From Sporopachydermia quercuum (Eukaryota), in contig BCGN01000002.1 in the NCBI GenBank assembly GCA_001599295.1, forward strand, positions 2,046,001 through 2,110,000: a DNA stretch of 64,000 nucleotides, written 5' to 3'. The notes under the pieces are model-generated. The model was not told the DNA's origin. It saw only the letters and a list, made by a program, of their open reading frames with translations, and did no database searches. Shown piece after piece: positions 1 through 12,422 of the stretch (position 1 is its first letter; every line of letters starts with the position of its first letter). The translations under genes were made by a program, and so were the position numbers.

Positions 1-2323
1 GAATTGACTATTTCACAAGCGATAGTACGTTATAGCTGAATTGCCATACAGTAGGTAATCAATGCACAGGGAAAAGTCAAAATTTGCTTCCTAAGCGAAA
101 GCATATTCACACACCAACAAGTCAACGCTTGCTATATTTGACTTCTTTTTTATCTTTTCTATATTTGCTTTAACTTCGCGGCCGAATAAATAGTCTAGGT
201 TGATGTTGGTTACATAATAATGTAAGCGTTGCTAAAATTTCTCGGTAAGTGAAACAAAGAGGTTTGTAAGTGCTTGAAAAATCTGGGGTATCAAAAATGC
301 CAACTCGTCGGAGAACCTGGTCTCACTTCAACCATCAGCCATCACACATTCTATCTGTCCAATCGCAATAATTCTCCGATAAAAGATAAGACTTCTGGTT
401 CTCAGTCAAAAGATGTACCACTGACAAATGCTTAAAATTAATAAGTCAATAAATAAACCAATCAACCACGATTTTCAACAACTAATCGACTATTAAAGCT
501 TTCTCGATCAGATTCAAAGGTGTGACAATTTGGCAGGCGACTTTTCGGTTGAATTTATCATGTATGACACGCATAGTATTACATGATAGTATCAAGAAAA
601 AATCGGACAAATTCTNTGTCTAAAGGAAATAAGCTTAAACTTAGTTTTTACCCTCAGGTTTGAATACCAACCGAGGTTCTTTAATCCCTTCAAACTATTG
701 AAAGTCTGGTGGGATTGCTGTTTTCTGACATACCACTGATAGCTGATTGAAGAGTGAGTAGAGTCATGCAAATTATTCAAGGCCAATAAATATGAGGATA
801 TTTGAAGTAGATGATCAGTTTCACTACCTGACCGCATTGATTTTGCTTCTTATTCTTATCAAGCAGTATCCATAAATTTATAAGGTTGCTTATACTGTAT
901 TCAGCCTTATGTGAAAACTTAAACCTATTGGTTGCTGCACAGATAACATTTGCAACTATAAAGTTTGTCGAAGACACAATATAATTGCTGAATGAAGCAA
1001 TTTCTTCCAACACTATTGATTGAAATGAGTAAACTCATAATTTTAACTCCAGATCGGTTGAGCAAATTATCCTTCATGCTTTCTATGAATNCATTCTTTT
1101 ATAATTTACCAGCTTTCAGATCTTCCCAGTAAAACTATCCTCTCCACATAAGGTCACATGCTTGAGCATCCAATAATCTTTCTACCTTAATTCTTATCGT
1201 AGATCTTTCCTGCAAAAGGTCTTGTCGTCACTCTCTTTGNATGTATGCAGTGACCTGCATACTCATGTTGTTGTTTTATGTAATACCCAACTTCTTTCAC
1301 CTCTCCTCTGCCAGAATTGCTTGCTAATTTAAGCTTATTTGCTTTTAAAAGTCCCTGTTAGCTCAGACAACTTAAAGTTTTTTGTGCACTAGTACAACTA
1401 AAATCTGCCCTCTATTTAAGCTTAGTTGAACTTTAAGTACAATGACTCAAAGGATAATCATTATGAAGAAATCAAACCAAACCATAATGATTCCAAGATT
1501 GTTGCATTAATTATCGTGAACAAAGCCATTATTTAGTAATTTGAAGATTCATGGTGCTGAAAGGAAATTACGAGAAACCCGATGTCTTCGTGAAACATTC
1601 TAATCGAAGCAAATGCTTTAATTAATTGACATGTTTACTTAGAAAACTGTTGTAAGGTCAAATTGAACGTTGGCTGTCAAGCAAACTATAGTACTTGACA
1701 GGGTGAGCATTTTATTCTATCATGAGACATCCAGATCAAAAACCGAATGTTTTCATTGTTTGTTATATTGAAAGTGGACAATTGTTCAAATGTCTTTGTA
1801 GCTTCCATTGTAAACTGTTGATGGTGAAGATCAAATACCAAAATGAGGCTTCCATTGACTTGCTACTGAGAAGTGTAAAATGAAAAGTTTATTAATGGTT
1901 CATTGGATAGGCAGTCACATTGTTGATGGAGCAAAACTGCTACTTGTCAACTACCCAAATTTATAGAAGGACAACATTGCTCAACCCTTGAGATCATAAA
2001 TCTTCTGTATTCTGAATTATATAATTAAAAGCAAAAATGAATTGAACGACACTATGAATACATTAGGAACAAACAGGTAGAGAAAGATAAACTATAGTAC
2101 TAGTAAGATGAAAATCGGTGAAAGTAAGTAGTAAGATGAATTATTGCAGATAAATCTCAAATAAGATTTTCNAAGAATCCCCTCTTCCAAATAAATGATA
2201 GAAATAACAACAGTAAATAGAATGATACAAAAAATCTTTGTGAGGAGCATAAGCTGCTTCTCTTTTCTTCAAAAGCAGTCATCAAAAAAGCCAATAAACT
2301 GGTTCGCCATTTTGAATACTTGA

Positions 2324-3484
2324 TCACACTCTACTGTAAGGATACACATTGTAAGTAGTACTTTGGTTCAAAGGAACTTGCGCATAACTACCACCTGCAT
2401 AAGCGGAGCCTCCAGTTACAGCGTTTCCACCAGTGCCACCTAAAGTAGATGACGAGGATCTATTGATTCCAAGGTTGTCAACACCATGTGTCTGATATCC
2501 AGATTGAGGGGCTGAAGAATAGGGATACTGTCTATAGTAATCTGACGAGCCTGGGACTGCTTCACCGGCAGTANTGTTACCAACACCACTTGTGGAATTA
2601 CTTCCAGTATTTTGATAACCATACGTAACATAGTTGAGATAACCTGAATTATTGTTGGGGACAGTACCAGCATTGTAGTACCCACTATTGCCATTATTAG
2701 GATTCACCATTGGTATCGAAGAATTCATGGCAGGTAAACCCATACCAGCAGGGGAAACTAAACCTCCGACTGGTGCATTTGATGAGGATGTATAATCTGG
2801 AACGGTCATATAACCTGAAGATCCTGCACTTAGTTTAATTTGACGTTCTTGTAATCTTGCTTGTTCTTCCTCACCTCTTTTCTTCATTTCTCTGTATCTT
2901 TTCTTCACTTCTTTAAACTCTTCTGATGTACGTTTAGGACCATGTCCTTGGTTTTTCACATGTGCATTCAAATGATTCAATGTTCCATACCCTTTAGTAC
3001 ATCCTTCGTACCCACAAGAATATAGTCGATCAATCTCATGGTGTTTCCTTCTAGGTCGTTTATAAACTTTAGTGACACTATCAGTTGGATCACTCAAATG
3101 AGAATCACCGTTGATTATTGATCTACCAACTGCTGTTGATGCACTGGAGATAGTAGAACCTGAGATATTTCCGTTCAATGAAGAACTTTGAAGGGTATCG
3201 TTACTACTACTAGAAATTTGAGATACCAAATTATTATTTTGATACGAAGAAGATGAGCCAGTTGATTGCATATATGGCAAAGGGTGTCCTTGTGTTGACT
3301 GTGATGACACTTGATTGGTACTTTCCAATGGTGGGTAAGATGATGCTGAGGAAGAATACTGTTGGTACGAAAGATTTGGAACAGACGACCTGTTGCTTCT
3401 AGCAAATTGTGAAGAAGATTGTAAAGACATTGGGTTATGATTTCTTAGATCGATATTCAAATGTTGATTAGCTGATGAATGCAT
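2324..3484 (-). CDS. Con7-like single C2H2 zinc-finger transcription factor (386 aa from first ATG)
   Basis: Motif KRPRRKHHEIDRLYSCGYEGCTKGYGTLNHLNAHVKNQGHGPKRTSEEFKE matches the fungal Con7 family signature, flanked by S/Q/N/G low-complexity regions. The ORF track starts at GTG 3526; the first ATG is at 3484. Confidence 0.85.
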   Translation of the reverse strand: MHSSANQHLNIDLRNHNPMSLQSSSQFARSNRSSVPNLSYQQYSSSASSYPPLESTNQVSSQSTQGHPLPYMQSTGSSSSYQNNNLVSQISSSSNDTLQSSSLNGNISGSTISSASTAVGRSIINGDSHLSDPTDSVTKVYKRPRRKHHEIDRLYSCGYEGCTKGYGTLNHLNAHVKNQGHGPKRTSEEFKEVKKRYREMKKRGEEEQARLQERQIKLSAGSSGYMTVPDYTSSSNAPVGGLVSPAGMGLPAMNSSIPMVNPNNGNSGYYNAGTVPNNNSGYLNYVTYGYQNTGSNSTSGVGNXTAGEAVPGSSDYYRQYPYSSAPQSGYQTHGVDNLGINRSSSSTLGGTGGNAVTGGSAYAGGSYAQVPLNQSTTYNVYPYSRV

Positions 3485-6400
3485 ATAATATAGATGTTGG
3501 TTTTCTTTTTCTTGAACCTTGTTCACTTATTGTTGACAAAACGAAATGACGATTAATATTATTACTAGAGGGATAATTAGCTTAGGTCTACAACTTTAAG
3601 GATCGTGGACCTTTAGTTAGTTAATCAACTTTAGCTCAGCTTCTGGTTTCACTTGGTATTTTTTTCTAATGATCGGTTATTTATAAGTTTTGATCTTTAA
3701 AGAAGAAAGAACTTGATAATATAATTGACCAGCAGATCTATAACAACTTTCATTGATTCAGAGTACAAGAAGTAATATTATTGTAACAACAATATCTCGG
3801 TTTCAACAACTGTAACTACAAAAGAAAGAAGAGGAAAAGAAAAACAGGGAAAGGTAATCAAAATAAACTAAACCACCTGTAAGTGATGAGAGAACATTTT
3901 AGGAAACGTCAGTGAAAGCCCAGACACTTGTGTACCAATACATTTACTTATTCCCATTAATTTGGGCCCTATCTCTGCCAACAACTGCACAATTTGAACT
4001 TTGATCGGGCAGACTGAGGTTGCGTACGGAAGAAGATATTAAATACACAAAAACCCCATATGCACGGTAGGTTCTTCTAAATTGGAGATTTATGCAATAT
4101 TCATGTAGGAGTCCTTAGCTTCCTAATATGGAGAACAAGAAGTAATTATCCTCTTCTGTCCATTATATGTCCAATAACAGGTATCAAGTATAGCCGCGAG
4201 TGCGACCTATGTCGCACCCAACCTGATATAAATGTCACAAATTCTGAAACCGTCATGTTATAAGCCTAACGATAGAATTATTCTATTCATAAGGACCTAG
4301 TAGAGTTCTAGTATATAATATGAATAATTTAAATATTCTATCAAAATGCGAAAATCAGTCATATATTGCAACCTGTAATCCTACAGAAAGAAGAATACTG
4401 TCACGTATCATAAAACCATATGGACAAATGCTACGGACAAGTGATTTCCCACTACCTCCAAAATCATGAGAGTTAGCAAAAGCCAGACATCTGCGTGATC
4501 TCTTGAAATGTTAACTGAGTTGCATGAGAGCTTCCAAATTTGTATACTATTGCTGAAAGCACGCATAATTATACAGAATACGTACATACGTAAATATATA
4601 TGTATAACCTACTTCATGAGAACCTTAATGTTTTTCTTTTACAAGAATTAAGTTTGCTTTTGTTAACTATGTAACCTTAATGAAATTATTATGGCAGAAA
4701 TTCAAGAAAACCAACCTTGTACAATTTAGTGGGAATTGACATACTCGAGATCGGAGGGAAGAATTGGATTATACAGGAACGGAGTGAAAGAACATGACTT
4801 TGAGAATAGGCAATATTCATTTGGAATTATTTGACCTCCGTAGCTTTCAGGGTGAACATTTTTAAGTTGATTATGAAATTTGGAAGCTGAAAATGGGGAA
4901 ATCTGTTGAATCTCAATGAATCCTTCGTTTCATATCAACGAGACTCATTGTAAATCGATGAGGAGTGCGCAGTGTGCAGGTGAACTTAATTAGTACTAAT
5001 AAATGGACGCTAAATACTGAAAGGGGAATTTGGATTTTATACATGTAGATGAAAAAGGTTTGATCATAAGTGATGAAGTAATAGATGTTACAACTAAACT
5101 GTAACCTAAAGCGCCAGAGGGGTTTTTTCACGCGCAACTCTTGACAAAACAATGTTTATTGCGATCTTTTTTGAACTCTAGTTGCAGGGCTATATAAGCT
5201 ATATCAAAGTTTTGAATATCACTTAGCTAAGGTTTGAATCACCTTAATTTTTGGAATGCAAGATCTTCTTTTAATCATCGATCATCACTGTACTGTAACT
5301 GCGTATGAAGTTTTAATCACTAATATTTGAAGTAGTTCAAATACTGCTGCTGAAAATGGAAAATAGTGCAATGACAATATACTTTTTTTTTTTCTTTTCA
5401 AAAACGATAACTGATTGGCACATTATATAGAATTGTAGTAATATAACGANAATAACAAAGAATGAAAATGTTGTACATATCAAGTAATTTAATGTTTGAG
5501 CCCAACCAACTGGAATTACAAGTTGGACAATAATTTGTCACAAAGAGGTCGGTCAAGCGAGATAATAAGAATATTACAAACTTTTAGTTCACCGAATAGA
5601 TGAGATGAGTCTTGCAGTTTTGACATTCTTTATCATTAATTATCTATCTTGCTTNCCGATACCTCTGTAATCGAACCCACTAATTTCAGATTCTGAACTA
5701 GTCTTGCAGCTTCTTTGGAATCTTACTGCTGTTGCATTATGTAGTATTAGTGATGAATAGCTATTAGGTTAATACTTTACAGAGTACCATTAGCCATCAA
5801 ACATTATTTAACTTCAAATTAACTGTATGAATAACCCTGAGATCCTATTGCTTTCATAACTATGAAACTAGTGTCAAATAAGCCTTTCTATTCTTTTGCA
5901 ACCAAAGTTCACCTTAACGTTTGATTTATCATATGGTTGGTCCAATGGAAAACAATAATGGTAATAAATCAAAGCCTGCTTCATGTAAAGTCTTTTATCT
6001 TCTGGCAGATCTCAGCGAAATCAGGGTGTCCCTAACGGTTTTGTTAAACAAAGGAGGGGTAACCAATACCTCTTGTTGGTGATTCTCTCTGTGATGCTTG
6101 TTTGTTTCCAAGCATTATATTAGCTATGTAAATAATTAAGCTCCAAGAGGTTTTCCATTTCTCTAATCTCATTCCAAAGTTTGATCGAATTTTAATTGGC
6201 AGATTTTGGTTCTTTTAATTAAAGTAAGGAAACGCTGAGACCTTTGGTAAGTATATGAACTAAGTTGGATCTACATCGTAAGTCATAAACTATGAGTGTT
6301 GAAAGCCAGACTACTTTTCCCGATATTTACCTGAATTGTTGAATAAAACTGTTAATATACAGACAAAAAGTAGGTAATTAAANAAATAAGTTGATGAGTC

Positions 6401-7489
6401 ATCACATTTTTTAGCACATCAAGTAATAATTCTTCTATGATATCTAACCCAAATAATCAGGTAAAGAAGAATTCATCTTTTCTGTTTCAGTAAAGAACAG
6501 AAAAAGAGTTAAATCTAGAACACTAATGNTAACTTAAATATGACCCACTTCTTAAGTTTGATGTTTGAATGCACTAGTGCAGATTGCAACTTTATTTCGA
6601 ATAATAAAAGCAATTACGAAAATTACAACTGCCATTGATTAATTGAATTCATCAGTTTGCCCCTAATATTAGGTAGCATCTGATGAACAGGTTAGCTACG
6701 CTTGATATATTATCAATGGAGGGAGTAAGAATCACGTAAGTTGGAAAAGAATAGATATGGTGTAAGTTGAATATCATTGAGTCATTGTTTCAAGAACCAG
6801 TAGTATCAATTATTAGGTTCTCGGTGATTTTGGATCAGTTAACTAGAAAATAGAAAACTCAACAACGCAGGATCACATGTCAAAATTGATCAATGAAAAT
6901 GATTCCTAGCAGCTTGATGGTTTTGATCGGGAAGATCCTGCTAATTAGATCCCAGCAAATTATGTGGTTCCCTCCAAACAACCGGTTTCGATTGCGTGGT
7001 TTCCTTAAAGTAAACTGCAGNCTATATTCTCTAAAGTCAATAAGGCTTATATACGATTTCTGTGATCTTTTAGCAACTCAATTGATCATATTTTCAAAAC
7101 TTTTATGAACGTTTTTCGCATTATGGATACGTTGAAATCCAGTATCATTTATTGCACCATATTTAATATTTTTGATCTAATGTCTCTCTTGATAAACCTT
7201 TTCAAAATTTTTTATTGAAATTCTTATATTCCCTTTTTGGAGAAAGAGGATCTGAAAATGAGCATGCCAAGTCAAGAGGTAGCTTGGAGGGAGTTTGCCA
7301 CATGAATCTCTCTGGCTGTAATCAAACCANTCGATTTTTTTCAATTCCTACAAATAAATTCTCCACTTTGTCATGGAATCAAACAATTAAATGTCACTGT
7401 TATTAATTGACTAGCTATATCGGAGTTTTAATTGTTTCAGCGAATACAATTTTAGGGATGACATGGCATACACTATAAGTGGTATTAGG

Positions 7490-7525
7490 NNNNCNNTNAN
7501 NNNCCNNANNTTTTTTNNNNNNNCN
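7490..7525. other. Low-quality, N-rich assembly patch
   Basis: Dense run of n characters, unlike the isolated n's elsewhere in the window. Confidence 0.9.
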
Positions 7526-9437
7526 TATTATTCGCAATAGTTTAAATATTGTTGCTCTAAACTAGTTTTAGTATCTACAATAAGCTGATTGAATAATGCT
7601 TCTATNATTGAACTATCTTGTATCTAAGAAGAAGCTATCGGCTTTTAATACTTAAAATACGGAATAATAATACTTTAGTAGGACTGGACTCGACCTCCGT
7701 TAAAACATCATCTCCTAGAAAGTCAACTGTATTGTTTCATGACGAAATAATATCTACTACAAGAGAAAGGTACAATAAACAATTATAGATTTCTTTTCAC
7801 TTTTGTTTTAGAATTACCATTATGATTATCNTTCTCATTCTCTTTGCCAGATAATCAAATCTTTTCTTAATTTTCTTTTCATTCATCTTCTCTTCATTTT
7901 CAAGCTGCACTCAGTTCCTACGTAGAATGTACACAAGAAGGAAACAAACATTTAATAAGATTCAAGTAGGCTGATTTCTTTTCGAACTTAAACATGAATT
8001 AACTCTAATTAAATTTGTAACTTTAAACTGGCAAACTCTAAAATAAAATTAAACTTTGCCTCACTAAACTTCGAATACCTGATTTCCTATTTAGACTTAT
8101 TTAATATTGGCTGCAACTCATAGTTCAAGTGCCAAATGCTCCTCATTAATTCTCCAACAGTTGAAATTCGAACTATCGAAATTCAGCCGCAACGGGGATT
8201 GCATGCTTATTGGTGACAAATTCAATAGTTTTGTTGTTTGTCTTATCCACGGAATAACATCTTCGAGTACCCTGATTCAGTTGTTCACCAGTAGTTGTAA
8301 ACAAAGCATGTCATAATATTACCAGTGGATGGAAAAAGATGTTTATCACTCGGTAGCAAAACGATCAATCTACTTNGCTGAGCGTTATTTCTATTGTCAA
8401 TTATTTACATCATTACAGAGTTTACCTACTCTTTATATACTGCATAGGATTAACAACGTATTTACTTAAGATGCCATTCTTTGAAAGCTAAAAAACTAAA
8501 ATTCTACAACTAGATTCGAATGTCTAAATAGAGAATTGTCAAAGATAGTAAAGTGTATCCTACCTTGAAAATATTTGAAGCACATTGTAAGTAACTACTT
8601 CCCTGTAATTGAACCCAATTGATTTTCCTGCGCCTTTGTTACTTTATACTAGGTCGGTTATTTTGTAATGTAACGGAACTAGTAGTAATCATATCTCTGA
8701 TTAAATTATGCTTAAATCTTGGAATCTGATTTAGGTAATCTTCTTTTCTCTTTTCATCAAACTTGTTTCTATCAACCAAATCCCGTTGTTATGTTTTCTC
8801 AGACTCGTTGTAATTCCACCAACCTACCAGAGATTTGGATTCACCTGATATACATATATAATAATAAAGCTGAAATCAAAATTTCATGATTTTGATATAC
8901 TTAAGGGTCGGACTTTCGGTATATACCCTTATGTATTGAAAAAATGATTTGAATTTGGACTCTTTTATCGCTACTTAATTATTGAGTATTCACTACTGTA
9001 AGGCAACTATTCCTTGCAATAAAATTGAAGTATTGTTAGTAATCTTATAATGGCAGTTGATTATCCGGATGTCTAAATTCAATATATTTAGATTCTTCTG
9101 GACTAAAGTCAACTTCAGTACAATGGTTTCGAAGAAAATCTAATCAAAATCATGATCTTGCTAGCTAGCTAGTCCCTTAACTTACTGGTTGCTGTAGACG
9201 TATTAAAAAAAATACTACTATTCTACAATATTAGACAGTTAAAATCCACCCTCGTAGTATTAAATCTAAGCTAGTATTACCTGATCCTTTTTTTTGTTTT
9301 CTAATAGTTTTCTAAATAAATATCACTTCATCTTTTTTTTCTTTTTCTTTCTTTTCTAATATACTTTACATCCGCACGGCTGAGTTTAAGACACTTCAAC
9401 CTCAACTCAAACCTCAAATTCATATTTTCCTTTGTAT

Positions 9438-12422
9438 TTATGGAACTTGGAGCTCAAAGATTGCTTTCTGATCTTCTCCCATAAGCTCAATCGATGCGAC
9501 ATAACTCTCTATACTTGCTTTAGGAGTTTTCAGAGTGGGATCATACTGTTTTCCAATTCTGAAATCACCAGGCTTACGACACCGACAATGAAGTTCGCCT
9601 CCACCAGATCGATAGCACCAAAGCTGTTTGAACAAATCACCATATGCAGTGGGTTCAGTTGCGTCAACATCAACATAATGTGGATAGTTGCAACACAACA
9701 AAGTGGTTGATTTGAATGTAGAAACAGGAATTTCATGAATATTCCTATCCCGTCTATTCCTTGTATTGCCAGATACCTTTGACAGAAATAATATTGGATC
9801 AACTTTACCTTCAAGTACTGCTTTAGCCCTATCGATAGATACTCCTAAACTGGTTTCAGGATTATAGTAGATTTTATTCAACAGGATTTGCCTTTCCGTA
9901 AAAAAAGTATCAATCGTATGTTTATATTCAAGGAACTTCAAGTTCTTAGGTACCACCCCTTGTGCGACGTTCATAAAAGGAATATACATCGTTCTAATAG
10001 GGCCAGAGAACCCATGGTTGAAAAGATACCGAACTTCAGGCAAAACGGCATCCAAGACTTTAATGACCATACAGTAGTATGAATACAAAATGTGCATATA
10101 TTGATCGTTCTTCGGGTTGAAGTACGTTGCTTCCGAGGGGAACATCAAAACCCAGCGTCGAACAAAATAGTACAATTTGGTAATCGGATATCCAATTATT
10201 AGATATTCGTTTCTTGGTGTGGAGTCCAGGTAGATCAACAGATCATATAGGTAAGACTTCAAAGCATTATATTGACCCAAAATCCGACTAGAGTTTGCAT
10301 TGGTGTCCTTTTGCATTATTTCTTTCAATGATGTCACAACTTCCAGCACCTCATGTAGTACCTTATAATCATAAGCTGGTCGAAGTAAACTATTGAAATT
10401 CTCAATTAATAAACCCTTTAGTCGCAAGTCATTGAACTCGTTCACTAGTAATAAATGGCTTGTTAATCTTGTTGCTGTGAATATGTATGCCAGACTTTTC
10501 TTCAAGCCTGCTTGCTGAAGGAAAAGATCCCATCGTATATAGGCAACGGGAATTATTAGTTCTTGTGAGCGGATACTAGCTTCTCTATAAGCTTTGATAT
10601 TTTTTTCAAGTACCTTCATTGATTTCTGCAAAACATTCATTGATTTTGCCTCCAATTTGGCGGTGAATTTAGCTAATCGTCTAGTGTCAATTTGCATATT
10701 TAACAATTCCATCAAGAATCTTCCGCCATAGGCAGTAAATGCCCAAAACGTTGAGCTAGTCATATCCCCAGATTGTAGTAATTCTGTTACTTTGTCTGTG
10801 AATTGGGAGGACGTTCCTTTCTCAGTTTTCGAAATCAACGGCCCATCTGTTACCTTATTGGACTGTAGGGGAGGCAGTTGTACTGTCTCAGATTCCAGAG
10901 GCAATAATGGAGGCATTGAAACAGAAGGAATAGATGTCCATACGATTGGTCCTCTAAACACAGTTGAGCTTGCAGAATCAAGTAATAACGATGTAGGTAA
11001 CAATCTTTTGTCACCAGATGATACAGACGATGTTGAAGATGCAGAAGAAGGTTGACGATTTAATGGAGGTGAAGGTGGCCCTACCGCTGTAACTGATAAT
11101 GGTGATGATCTTAGCGGTAATGCTTGATTGTTCCTTTGGAGATGAGATGTTTGATAACCAGAGTAAGATGTGGGGTTTATTGATATTGATAGCGCTGGTG
11201 AATAGTTGGAATAACTTGAACTTGAACTAGCACTTGGGCCAAATGCAAACATGAATGCAGGAGCAGGTGTTGATCTTGGCGATGTTCCTGCTGATAAAGG
11301 CTCACCTAAAGTAGCGTTTCGCGGTTGGTAATTCCCATATGGTAATTCATGAATTGGTATATTGGAGTCGCTCAATGAACTGTGTGTAAGACTAGGTGTT
11401 GATATTGATCTAACCGAAGAAACAGGTGTTACAGATTCTAAAGAACCAGCACCTAAACGAGGTAATTCAGGCTGACTATTGTGCTTTAATGGTAATGAAG
11501 ATTCAAGTTTCGTCTTTTTACTCGTCTGATCAGGGTTATCCTCTGCAGAACCTAATGTTTCATTATTAACTAACACAATTTTGTCCTTGCCATCCATTTT
11601 ACTCTTCCCATTGAGTTTCTTCCTTTTGATGATTTTCACATTCACATCAGTACTAGTACTTAAGCTTGGTCGTGTCCCATTCTTATCATCGTTCAGCAAA
11701 TCAGAGTTTACAACCGGAATCAAACTGATCTCATCTTGCTTCTCTTTTTCTCTTTCTTTTTTAGCCCTGATGAGCTTTTGTATCTCTTCTGGTTTCATAT
11801 CTCTGTAGGAACAATCATACTTTGACTTCTCACAGTTCCTACAAATAGGTAAAGACTCGTCACACTTTATCCTCCTCTTCTTACAGCTTTGGCAACCGAA
11901 ATGAGAATTTCGATGTTTTCTTCGTGACCAGTTTACCCTTCTGTTTGTAGTACCATTATTTAACTGTATGTTGAATTCAAAAAACATAGGTCCCGACACC
12001 TGGTTGTTTGAATCTGAAGATGGTTCGCTGGACACTGGGACTTCAGTTTGAGGGTTAGAATTACGCTGTAAATTAATGATTGGAGAATTAAGTTGATGAG
12101 AATAAGCAGGTAAACCAGCTGGTGCGGAATCTATGCTAGCATTTATTCCGGGACCAGGAGGAAAATAGGATCCCGCTCCAAGGCCTGTAGTGGCTGTGTT
12201 AGATCCTAAAAGGTGACTAGGCGTTCCCACACTTACTCCCGCCACCCCTGGGGTTGAATTTATACCATGCTCTATTTGTCCATGAGGATACTGCCGTTGC
12301 TGTGTAAGAGGTTGCATTGGAATTGGATAATGATTCATCATGTAGTTTGGTGGTTGTTGATATCCACTTGTCTGATTTGGATTCTGAAATGCATACGAAC
12401 TGTTCTGATTAGTAGGGTACAT
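9438..12422 (-). CDS. Zn(II)2Cys6 binuclear cluster transcription factor (Upc2/Ecm22-like N-terminal motif), 994 aa
   Basis: RRKHRNSHFGCQSCKKRRIKCDESLPICRNCEKSKYDC fits C-x2-C-x6-C-x6-C-x2-C-x6-C. It is followed by a basic helix, an S/P-rich linker and a folded C-terminal domain. Confidence 0.9.
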   Translation of the reverse strand: MYPTNQNSSYAFQNPNQTSGYQQPPNYMMNHYPIPMQPLTQQRQYPHGQIEHGINSTPGVAGVSVGTPSHLLGSNTATTGLGAGSYFPPGPGINASIDSAPAGLPAYSHQLNSPIINLQRNSNPQTEVPVSSEPSSDSNNQVSGPMFFEFNIQLNNGTTNRRVNWSRRKHRNSHFGCQSCKKRRIKCDESLPICRNCEKSKYDCSYRDMKPEEIQKLIRAKKEREKEKQDEISLIPVVNSDLLNDDKNGTRPSLSTSTDVNVKIIKRKKLNGKSKMDGKDKIVLVNNETLGSAEDNPDQTSKKTKLESSLPLKHNSQPELPRLGAGSLESVTPVSSVRSISTPSLTHSSLSDSNIPIHELPYGNYQPRNATLGEPLSAGTSPRSTPAPAFMFAFGPSASSSSSYSNYSPALSISINPTSYSGYQTSHLQRNNQALPLRSSPLSVTAVGPPSPPLNRQPSSASSTSSVSSGDKRLLPTSLLLDSASSTVFRGPIVWTSIPSVSMPPLLPLESETVQLPPLQSNKVTDGPLISKTEKGTSSQFTDKVTELLQSGDMTSSTFWAFTAYGGRFLMELLNMQIDTRRLAKFTAKLEAKSMNVLQKSMKVLEKNIKAYREASIRSQELIIPVAYIRWDLFLQQAGLKKSLAYIFTATRLTSHLLLVNEFNDLRLKGLLIENFNSLLRPAYDYKVLHEVLEVVTSLKEIMQKDTNANSSRILGQYNALKSYLYDLLIYLDSTPRNEYLIIGYPITKLYYFVRRWVLMFPSEATYFNPKNDQYMHILYSYYCMVIKVLDAVLPEVRYLFNHGFSGPIRTMYIPFMNVAQGVVPKNLKFLEYKHTIDTFFTERQILLNKIYYNPETSLGVSIDRAKAVLEGKVDPILFLSKVSGNTRNRRDRNIHEIPVSTFKSTTLLCCNYPHYVDVDATEPTAYGDLFKQLWCYRSGGGELHCRCRKPGDFRIGKQYDPTLKTPKASIESYVASIELMGEDQKAIFELQVP

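Noticed and set aside
592..2030. Short ORFs and coding-like stretches at the window start
   Set aside because: Frequent stops and no recognisable domain in the frames I translated, so I cannot support a pseudogene call.
5660..5760. Minus-strand GGGTTCGATT as a tRNA T-loop
   Set aside because: No T-stem, D-arm or acceptor-stem pairing.
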